From: Marsupella aquatica | Taxonomy: Eukaryota; Plantae; Marchantiophyta | Assembly (NCBI GenBank): GCA_973895155.1 | Contig: OZ316895.1 | Coordinates: forward strand, 1,440,412 to 1,504,411 | DNA: 64,000 nt | Direction of reading: 5' to 3' | Part shown: piece after piece, positions 24,271 through 34,238 of the stretch | How positions within the stretch are numbered: position 1 is the stretch's first letter | How the letters are laid out: the number at the start of each line of letters is the position of its first letter | The notes under the pieces: generated by a model | Database searches by the model: none | Told to the model about the DNA's origin: nothing | The model's input: the letters and a program-made list of their open reading frames with translations, nothing else | Translations under genes and position numbers: made by a program

Positions 24271-27200
24271 AGTTCACCTCGGATTCTTCTAGTGAAAGCT
24301 TGTCTAACAATCAATGAGCACTCTCAGAGAAATATTTTTCCATCTACATCGATACTAAATGGTTTTTCAACTTTTTCATAACCACACAGAATTTACCGTT
24401 AGGTTTACTATCCTCAAGTTTTGTTCCAGGACCAAACTTTCAATAATTTATTATTTTTCTCGAACCTGATATTTTGGCAGTCCCTGGTTGTGAGTATTGA
24501 ACGAGGGCACTTGTTACGTTACCATTGGATGCTCTGGTCAAGGTTTTCAAGCTTAAAATTGTGTTCTTATTGGGGTACCAGAAGGAAAACTATTTTATTG
24601 TGTGTGCCACAGGTAGTGTTACAAAAGAAATGGAATCCCTTCTCTAGTGACAGAAACCAGACCACATACAAAGCACCGCTCAAAACAAACAAATGAATAG
24701 GGAGTTGGAAAACCTGACAATGAATAGGGAACTGAACAAGGGACTGAGCTGAACTGAAAAGGCGCACAGGCGGCGCCGGGCTGTGTATACACTTAACGGG
24801 TGGGCTGTGTATACACTTAACGAGTGATAGGAAAGGATCCGGATTGGAATGCGGAGATTCGAGCTGTGCTGCCCAGAAGGATGGCATAAGCGTTTAGATA
24901 GGCGGTGACAAGTGAGAGTTGATTGGACCCAGGTATCTTGGCTGGGGGTTATCGCGGCTGTAGCAAGATTTAGGTTCACTAGTAGAAATCGGGGTAATTT
25001 AGACCATACCTTATAGGACTAAGCCCACTAAGTCCTTCTTCCATACTTTAAATGACTCGCATCCATTGCCAAGGTTTTGTTAAAGACTATAAAAGACTTT
25101 GAGTGTTTTCCGGTTTAGTTAAAGACTATGAAAAGTAACCTTGCTACTTTGTGAAGGGTGAACACTCTAGGACATCATGGGTTTTGTTCTTGGAATCACT
25201 CTAAAGGTCCACACAAAGACTAGTATAATACAAAGTCTTACAAGGGTTCATGATAAGAGTATACTTAAGAAGGACCGGTGACATGCTACTTTTTGGCCTA
25301 AGTGCTTAAGGACATGCCTTGTATATATCACCAACCTTAACTAACATTGCACCGTAAATATCCATGTAACGGGTACTTTTCATAACTTAGGGTACAACTG
25401 TATTGGAGGGCTTAGGGTGGTTTCTAACCGGAACCGGAACTAATGCATCACTATAACCCTAGCTAGGTACAACTCCCACACCATGATATATTCCGCATTG
25501 CCAACTAGTGTCATTTTAATAGGGTCATGGCCACTAATTGGCACAATGAACAGTCTAGCCCGTGATTGATTTTAGTCTAAATGATGGTGCCTTTTGATCC
25601 AAGATTAATTCCACAAGGGGGGGGGGGGGAGGGTTAGGGTGGGGCACAACTAATTAAGTGGCCATGACTTTGTCACCAAAGGATTTTATTTAAAGTTATC
25701 CTTAACCCGTGTTAGTTTTGTGTCTTTTGTTGCCTAACACTCTGGCGCGGACGTACTTATTATGCTCAACGGGTCACCTCAACGGAAACGAGCTTACATG
25801 ACTGCTTGCACTAAGTCTTGGGTTAGGGTGACTGTAAGTGCTTTGGTCATCATAGCAAATTAGGAATATTGCATTTTAGGACTGGATTTAATGTTGGGCA
25901 ACCTTAATCCTGATTATGGCACAATAGAATGCCACTATGTGCCGACCATGTATGTGCAAATATGACCATTCATTGCCTTCTTAGGGTAATTTGCCAGGCC
26001 ATTTTTGCCTTGTTGGAGTCCACTAGTGTTTACAGAACATATGCTTCTGTGCTCAACGGCTCACCCCAACGGTTAGGGCTTTGTAAATTCCTTCCCCTAA
26101 TTCTGTTTAAGGGTTTACGCTTAACTTTTGGGCCGGACTAAACTACATGGGCAAGGCGCGGGAGAATTCTTCGTGACTTAGTGGTCGAAACAAGGTGGTG
26201 GGGTCTTGGGTGTTCGGGGTTTTGCCAAAGGGTTTTTCATTGACAATGAGCTTTCTCGATCAGTCCAAGCGTCATGCTGCTCTAAGTGTATACACTCTTG
26301 CCATCCCGAGCACCTCACGCGAGCTGTGAGCAGTTGCATCCTCCTGTTGTAAGTGCATTGATCTGCCAAGCGTTCAAATGCAAAGCTGCTAGCGTCTACT
26401 CCCTGTGCTGGTTGAATGTGTAGCGCTGTCTTGTGACGATTGAAGATTGCCCCTTACCTTTTACCGCCATCGCTGAATGCAGGATCGACCCGAATATAGC
26501 ACCTGTGCAGAGGCATTGGGTGAACATAGTGAATGCCGTTTGTGTCTTGTGCAAGGTTGTGGGCCTAACGTTCGTGAGTCGTGAGCTGCAGACTACATGC
26601 GACTCCAAAGGAGGCATTGGGGAGGACACGGTGAAGCAACAAGGAGCGGCGCGGGAGCTTAGAGTGGGCCAACGCTAGCTGAATCCAATCCAGGAGATGT
26701 TGCGCTAAGGTGAGACTCTGAGTTTAGGGTTGCTTCAGTGTCCAAGTAGGTTCTCTTTGCGTCGGCAGCTAGAAGGTAAGCTCGGGGGCTTTACAAAGGG
26801 TTAGTGTTGCGGACTTTCCCTCCTGGACGTTGCGTGTCTTCATTTGCAACTTGTTTGTGGACCTGTGATCCTGAGACTGTCAAAATTGTTGCGGCCGCAC
26901 CGACAACTTGACGACGCATTTTGTGGATGCACCGTTAGTAATCGCGACTACAGCTCTCCAATGATTGCACTTACCATTTTTGACCACCTTGCATGATGTC
27001 CATCCGTGGGCTGGACCCCAGGGAGTAGATTTCGGTACATTTCGGTAGATTTTGTCTATGCCCCCGTTCCTCATTTTGTGCAATGTCCGCCTGGCACTTG
27101 GTTCTTGATCCCTACATTGTCGTCTGCCGCTCGGCTGCTTGCGGAAGGGATCGAACAGATTGGAGGTCACTGTGGACTGACATTCAGGCCTGGGTCAAGC

Positions 27201-29953
27201 AAGGAGGTTAGAGTTGAAGTCGCCTATGCTTGGCCTTCTCTATTTTCTCTGCTTGCCACTACCTCTATTGTTGCTTACCATTTGCAGCTGGTGAAGCTGC
27301 ATGCGGGTTGCATCTATTCTACGGGCGCGCTACGGGTGTTTTATGGATTGTGGACTTTATGTGGTGTGAGAATCGGTAACAACATGAACCGGACTTTTTT
27401 TACAGTCTTGGAATGTGCGTGAGCTGTGAAGGTTGCACTTCAGAGCTGATATTCCTGTCGCCGCCTACTCCCATTGTTGTGTGTTCGTAACGTTGTGCAT
27501 CGTAACGTTGGAACTCGAAGCTGAGCTGCGCACTGTCAACCATCAAGCGCTATTGCGCGTTGTCAACCAAGAGGAGATGCCGCATCCCACATTGAGTTGA
27601 ACATTCAGCTAGGGACCTGAGCTGCGCACTTTCAACCATCGAGCAACGACCAAGCTTGGCAGCGCTCTGGGATTTATTGGCCACATTGACAAAGCGGAAG
27701 ACAGAGGTGAGTGTTCGTGCACCGTTAGAGTAACCGCGAGTACTCTATTACATGCCTTGTTCTCCCGTCCACTGTTTCCTGCGATTTTCTTTCTTCCAGA
27801 AGATAATGGTGATTTCTTCTTCAATCAAACAAAACCCCACCCAACCACCACCCAAGAACGTGGGGTGTGCGCTACTTAATCCTCCTCAAACTGGCCCATT
27901 GTTCATTGAAACCCCATATATTACCCCCCGGCACCAAGGGACCAGTCCCAACCTGTCTTCCGCTTGCCACCCTCTTCACTCTCTCGCACATCTATCTCCC
28001 GATATTTCACGCATAGCCGAGCCCACCGAAAGCTCTCTCCCTACAATCCCTCCCAAATCAACTTTCTCGTTTCCTGCTGCTGCTGATGTATGTTTGTTCT
28101 CCCCTATTTTTGTTTACTGAATTTGGTCTCTCCACACTTCTTGCTTGACATTACTGTTTTGCTCCTCCCTGGATCCAAACATGCCTTGTGCCCCGTGCTC
28201 CGACTTGCATCCTTTTCTTTACTAAGGGGGGGACCACAGCCTCCAGCCATACCTTGGATGTCGGGCCTGGTCAAGACGGTGGTCGGTAGCTCGTTTTTGT
28301 TTTTTTCTCTTTTGTTTCCCAAGCTTCTGGGCAAGGGCATTACCATTCTGGATTCTCCGCGAGGCGCCACTAGCTTTTTTTCTCGGTTGCCCGTGTGCCT
28401 GCCTTCTTAGTTTTGTTTTTTCCTCAAGTGACCAGGCCATCGCTGTATGCAGATTTTTCTTGTTGTATTCATATACAGTATTTTATTGTTCTATCTAGGC
28501 TGTGGCAAGCCAACAAACTGTTGACAACCAACATGGAATAACAACTATGCAGTGCAATGGCAGAGGACACTGTCCAATACAGGAATGACATGGTTATGTT
28601 TTCAATTCCCTGCTTGGATGAGGCATGGTGTTGCTTGTAATCATGTATTTCTTCACACTAGAAAAGCAGTCTGTCAGATGAGGTTGTCGGGATTGTCTGT
28701 GGGTCAGTCATCTTACGGACACCTAGCAACGTCAAATGAATGGCGGAAACGGGCCATGTTGTCATTTTGAAATTTGTCTTTCCTTTTGCCATGCTACCCA
28801 ATCATTTTGTTAGTCCATGAGTCATAGATTCATAGATTCTATGTTTTGTGCTTTGTCTAGAATGCTATGGCGCCCATGCTACAATTTGTGGTTTTTGTCT
28901 AAGCACAAATCCTCTCTGTGCCTGGTCTCTGTGTCCCGTCATTTGGATTGATTGTGCAGACGTTTCCTCTTCTCCCAGTCCTTGTCATCCACCAGCCAAA
29001 GCACATTGGATTGTTTTCAAAGGAGGGCTGTGTAGTTTGGAGGGTTTGATCTATGCAGCGGATTTGAGCAGATTGGCGGTTGTTAGTTTCTTCTTGTAAA
29101 ACCTGTCTGTCTTTTCTGCTTTTGGCCATGCTCCTTCACTTCTTGCTGCAAGCTCAATGTGCTTCAGCTATGGCAATATTCACTTACCCTATCCCAACGG
29201 CACTGCCATGAGCTGTAGGACAGCCAATAGAAGCAGATTGTATCAATTGCATGTAAGTCAGGGTATTTTATGTATTGCGGAACAACTGTCTAAGTATGCT
29301 GCAATGGTCGGTCTTGCGCAGCTGAATGAGCCAATTTCATTTTCCCTGTGCACTTCTATTTCTCAGAGAATTCCCTGGTCATGCTCATTTCCCCCAGAGT
29401 TAGAAAACAAAGAAGAAGAGCTGACTAATTGTAATTCCAATCCATATCCTGATCGGTCAAGGATTGTTCACTACATTGGCCTTGTCATTGGCCGAGGTCA
29501 CCAAATTTTGCTTGGTTTCATTCCTGTGGAGCACTGCTGTGATGGATTTGTCGTAGCATTCTGCAAACTCTCACGGTTTGCTTATGGCCATTATTTGCAA
29601 TTTGCTGCTACTAATATGTCTTCTTCTGAGCAGCATACACCAGAAGTAAGCAATAGTGGAGGTTTAACTGCACATCAACACATCTAGTGAACTACCTCTC
29701 TGCTGCTCACTGGAGGGTGAGACTTTCACTCTTTCTGGATATTGTAGTTTGTAAGCAAGTTGATTAGGAGTGTTTCATGCTATGTTTACACTGTGACCCC
29801 TAGCTGGAACCAATGGAATGACACAGTGAGTGGGAACTGATAATTTAAGGTTGGTTGCTGTTGGTGAGGCAAGTACAGCTCCTGCTCACCTTGCTGATCG
29901 AAGGTGCTTATCAGAGGACGTGAACACACGACATCTCCACAAAAGCAACACTT

Positions 29954-30403
29954 ATGGTGAGGACCCGCAACGCTGAACATGTGCGGCTTGCACGCAAGGC
30001 AGAGATGTTGCGCCTTGAGTATGTCAGACTTGGGATCCTTCCAGCCCAGTCTGCATGGTACTTTGAGTACCCAGTTGTTGCCAGGAACAACTACAGCCGG
30101 CCTGTACCTGCTTCTCCACCCTTCCCAACATCCTTGGTATTTCTGTCTCTTGTACATGACCCGCCACAAATTAGGGCCCAAGGGTGTGTGCACAGTTGCC
30201 AATATGACTGTCCTGCCTGTAGGGCTTCTGGCCTAGAGTTGGATGACCGTTCTCTTGGATGTCGGTTTTTTCACAGAGCACAATGTATCATCTGGAACCA
30301 CTCGCCATCCTGCAGTGTGCCTGGCGATGTCACTTGTCCTGCCCTCCCAGACCCCACCACCGGTCACTTTGGTGTCTACACATGTTTGGATCACACGCTC
30401 TAG
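29954..30403 (+). CDS. Cargo ORF A of E2: 149-aa Cys/His-rich protein
   Basis: Intact paralog of 12071-12520 with the same length and the same position in the cassette. Confidence 0.6.
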   Translation: MVRTRNAEHVRLARKAEMLRLEYVRLGILPAQSAWYFEYPVVARNNYSRPVPASPPFPTSLVFLSLVHDPPQIRAQGCVHSCQYDCPACRASGLELDDRSLGCRFFHRAQCIIWNHSPSCSVPGDVTCPALPDPTTGHFGVYTCLDHTL

Positions 30404-31072
30404 AGGACCACTTGTCACACCGCATGCACAAACCAGAGACCATTGACCTATAACTTAACACTTTGACTTGAACAGAGAGGATATTTACTTAAGATTTTGA
30501 ATTATGAGCAATTTTGGGTCCAGGGTTTAGGGTCAACAGTACATAACTTATCCTATTATGGCTGCACTAAGTACAATATCCTAATTTAAGAGGCTAGCAA
30601 GCTCACTTAAAAGTCTCCTTTCAAAGACTGGAATTAATGGGCCATGTGATAACCTGGAAAAAGTGATTTATGCCTAACTTATTTGTCTCATTCACTATCA
30701 TAGCCTATTTAGGATGTATAAATTACAACCCTGATCACACTGCTTGATACCAATCCTGTTCAAAAAATGCCTGTTTTACATGTCACGACTGTTATATGTG
30801 ATTCAAATGCATTAAATCTTGTTGCAGATCTCCTTTGGTGAATCATAGCCACAAAATTGAGGTGTAGGTGGAGCTATTGTACGAGGGGATCAGTTTTTAG
30901 TGTGGGCTCAACAAACCAAAAAGTATGTCTACTCTGCACATGTGTGTGAACATTTCATTGCAGTAGCAATTGCCACTCTAGTCTATATGCTACACTGTAC
31001 TTTTTGTACACTGCACTAAATTGTATTGTCTGTGCACTCTGCTAAATTGTACTATCTGTCTCATGCGTAGGC

Positions 31073-31753
31073 ATGGCACGCCCTAAAATCTGAGCCAAGA
31101 AGCGGGGGACAGAGGTGAGCAACACAGGTGTAGTTGGGCCAGATGGTAGTAACTTCTCCGCAAGTCAGATTTTCCAGAAGGCAGCTCATTGTTGTGCCAT
31201 TTGTGACGATGGTGGTGACTTAGCCATATGTGAGGGCCCTTGCATGAGGCATTTCCACCTCAACCCGGAGTCTGACCTTGCTGCAGAAAACAACTGTCCA
31301 GGGGTGGGCCTCCCGTCAGCACACCAAGGAGGCTGGATGTGCACTGATTGTTTGGAGAAGCAGGCTAAGTGTGCACAGTGTGGGAAGTTGGGGTCTTATG
31401 AGGGCTCTGTTGATGCTCCACCACTTGTTAGGAAATGCCCTGACAGATATTGTGTGAGGTTCTTTTGTTTTTCATGTTTGCCCGATCTTGCCACAGCTTG
31501 CCCACTTCATAAGTGCAAGGCATGTGGTCAGCACGATGAAGATTTCTGGGTGGACATAGTCCACTGTGTTAGGTGTCCCACCATGTGGCACTTTCATTGT
31601 TTGAAGGAGCGTCAAGCAGAAGGCTATGCTTGTGACAGACACATCTATGATCACTCTGCACATGGTGTTGATCGATGGATCTTCTATTGTCATCGCCATG
31701 CCATAGATCCTACTTTGCACACTCCCATGAGAGATCACATTTCTTGGCTTTGA
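31073..31753 (+). pseudogene. Cargo ORF B of E2: EDM2-type composite PHD finger protein (226 codons) with an early nonsense codon
   Basis: ATG 31073 aligns with the E1 start; TGA at codon 7 (31091-31093, CAA in E1). The remainder is open and carries the full Cys/His array through FYCHRHAIDPTLHTPMRDHISWL. Confidence 0.85.
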
Positions 31754-32353
31754 ACCTGAATAATGTACATGCATAGTGCACCTGATGTGGATACCTTGGA
31801 GATTGCAGACATTCCAATTTTGAGAAGAAGGACCTCTGTAGGAGAGGATGCTTAGGCAACAAGTACCCTAAGTTCATTACTTGTTCCTGGGTACATGCCT
31901 TCAAAATCTCCCCTTAAGCCTTCTAGGAACTTTTTTAACTCTGCAATCATTTTGATCACGACTTACATGACACTGCTTAAATTAAATCAGGACTTCTCAT
32001 TATGAGCATATAAGTTACAAGGCTATTTAATTTGCGAGAATTCCCTTAAAGTGTACCAACATTTTGTATTCTCATTGAATGTCTGCCCCCATACGAAACA
32101 TCTGTATGTGGCATCACAAAACAATTGCACTTGTCACCTTCAATATTGTGAAGGCACATATTCAAACTATGAAGTGCATGCTTGCAGGTGTCTAGTACGT
32201 TTGTCCCAATATTTCTCCCGTTTGGAATCGGAGCAGAGACTCACCAGACGACTGGACTGGACCAAGTTATAAACGCAGCATTTTAAGGGCCCTCCGATTA
32301 TCAGGTGAACGCATTATCTTCCGGTCTGCAGTGATTAGGTGGCCCGTGTGTAC

Positions 32354-33202
32354 ATGGCCTCTAGGAAACGTACAAATGTTGACCACCCGCCTCTGTTGGC
32401 TGGAATCAAAGCCATTTTGATTCCTGGCCACTATGGGTTCACCCAAGTGAGTTGGCCAATCGTACAAAAACGATTCTCAGAGTTCCATGGGACTGAAGTC
32501 AAGGACATCACTCCACAGACTACACATGTTGTTGCGGGGACATGGCTGGATGTGATGAACAAGTGGTCATGGTCCTTCATTGATTTTGCCATTACCAACC
32601 AAGGTCTAAAAGTAGTTGAAGTCTCTTGGCTGACCGATTCTGTTAAACATAGGTGTGTACAGAGTACTGAGCAATATGAGTTGTGGGAGAGTGAGGAGGC
32701 CACTGCAGAGGCTTTGGCTGAAAAGGAAGCCTATGAAGCAGCGGCAGAGAAACCCAACTTTGCTTCTGTCCAATATGGACCTGTTGTCAACATAGGACAC
32801 CATCCTATGCGTGCAGATGCTATATTGAATGAGCATGGCAAGGAGAGAAATACCATTATGAAGGGGTTCAGTGTGGTATTTGCAGAAGAAGGAATTGGGG
32901 AGACTAAGTGCAGACTGTACAAGTCTATAGTCGTTGAGCTAGGTGGGACAGTGGAGGAGAGTCTAACAGAAACCTCCACTCATGTTGTAGGTCTGTCATA
33001 CATGAAAATATGCAGAAAATTCTTTAAGACAACAGTGCGTGATTTTGTCATGAACAACAATCTTTGGGTGCTTTCCCCTGATTGGCTTCTGGAATCAGCA
33101 GCTAGAGGGAAGCGACAGAATGCTTGGGACTTTGATATTTTTGAGGCCTGGCCCTCCAAGATTCAGCGGAGATGTATGCTTAGCAAAGGTGGGAGAGAGT
33201 GA
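32354..33202 (+). CDS. Cargo ORF C of E2: intact tandem BRCT protein (282 aa)
   Basis: Two BRCT repeats with THVV and W(L/I)x(D/E)S signatures; basic N-terminus (SRKR); open from ATG to stop. Confidence 0.85.
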   Translation: MASRKRTNVDHPPLLAGIKAILIPGHYGFTQVSWPIVQKRFSEFHGTEVKDITPQTTHVVAGTWLDVMNKWSWSFIDFAITNQGLKVVEVSWLTDSVKHRCVQSTEQYELWESEEATAEALAEKEAYEAAAEKPNFASVQYGPVVNIGHHPMRADAILNEHGKERNTIMKGFSVVFAEEGIGETKCRLYKSIVVELGGTVEESLTETSTHVVGLSYMKICRKFFKTTVRDFVMNNNLWVLSPDWLLESAARGKRQNAWDFDIFEAWPSKIQRRCMLSKGGRE

Positions 33203-33342
33203 GGAGTAGGAGTCCCTCATATTTTTGTATAAATCACAATTTTGTAATAAATGTGATCCTTGAACTAACTCATCTTGTCATGGTTGGTCGCAGTTGAAGT
33301 GATTGTTGTTTCCTGCTGCGTGGGGTGTGACTGTGAATCTAC

Positions 33343-33912
33343 TTGCTGGGCTCTGTTTGGCTGAAGACTTTGGTGGGTATGCTGCCTCTTCCAGACCGTC
33401 AGGCCCTGTGTAGGGTCCTCCTACGGGTTGCATCGTGCATGGCTACTGCTTGGGCTTACTTGTGTGGATTGGTAACCAGACAGAGTGTAGCTCCATCCGA
33501 GATAATGCCTGCAGACCTTGGATGTGTTGTGAATGCTGTGGTGAATGAGGATGCACAGTCGGAAGAGGACATTTACTTTTCAGCAGATGAGTTAGACAAG
33601 CACGATGCTGTAGGTGGTTCCTTGTTGCCTGATTTGGCAGATGATATAGTTCTTACACATGTCTGGCCGAGGGTTCTTGTGGTGTCTGGCGCACAAGATA
33701 TCTGCAAATATAGACTAATTAGTACCCAGTGGAGGGACTTGGTAGCAACATGTGCACCATGGAGGGCACTGCTGCCACTGCTTGTAGGCACGGATCGAAG
33801 ACCACCATGGCATGAGCAGGGTTTAGACCTTGATGACTTAATGTACATGCCTGAGTACCTCAGGGCTGAGTGGCATCGACAACAAGATTGGTATCCGTAT
33901 TTGATGTGGTAG
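33343..33912 (+). CDS. Cargo ORF D of E2: F-box-like protein
   Basis: SLLPDLADDIVLTHVWPRV..ICKYRLISTQWRDLV..PW matches the F-box pattern LPxLPDD(I/V)..RxVSxxWRxL. The start codon is uncertain. Confidence 0.55.
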   Translation: MLGSVWLKTLVGMLPLPDRQALCRVLLRVASCMATAWAYLCGLVTRQSVAPSEIMPADLGCVVNAVVNEDAQSEEDIYFSADELDKHDAVGGSLLPDLADDIVLTHVWPRVLVVSGAQDICKYRLISTQWRDLVATCAPWRALLPLLVGTDRRPPWHEQGLDLDDLMYMPEYLRAEWHRQQDWYPYLMW

Positions 33913-34238
33913 TAAGATGAGGACATCTCACACCGGTCTCGCACCTGGCACCTGTGTCTATGACTATACATGATTGGACTCTGATATGGTCATGGATGTA
34001 CGTGCAGAGGCAGTACATGTGAGGACAGCGGAGGAGTTGACACCCTCAAACATTTAGGAATTTTGTCTCATTCACTTGAGAATAGGTACATGACTCAGGC
34101 ACCTATATTTTTTGTTTTTTTGTTTTTTTGGAACGTTACGTATTTTGGCAAGTACAATCGGGGGTGAAATCCTTAACAGGAAGTGTATTTTTCACTTGCA
34201 TAATAAAATGACAGGGTGCTGAGTGCGTGTGTATAGTG

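Larger units (their letters stand above)
6063..24294 (+). mobile_element. CACTA (En/Spm) transposon E1, 18.2 kb, full length but decayed
   Basis: Left TIR CACTAGAAGAAACCGAG..CTGAGACC at 6063; right TIR GGTCTCAG..CTCGGATTCTTCTAGTG ending at 24294; 3-bp TSD AAA on both sides; AGTCA(C/T)-rich subtermini; internal Tnp2-type transposase. Confidence 0.95.
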
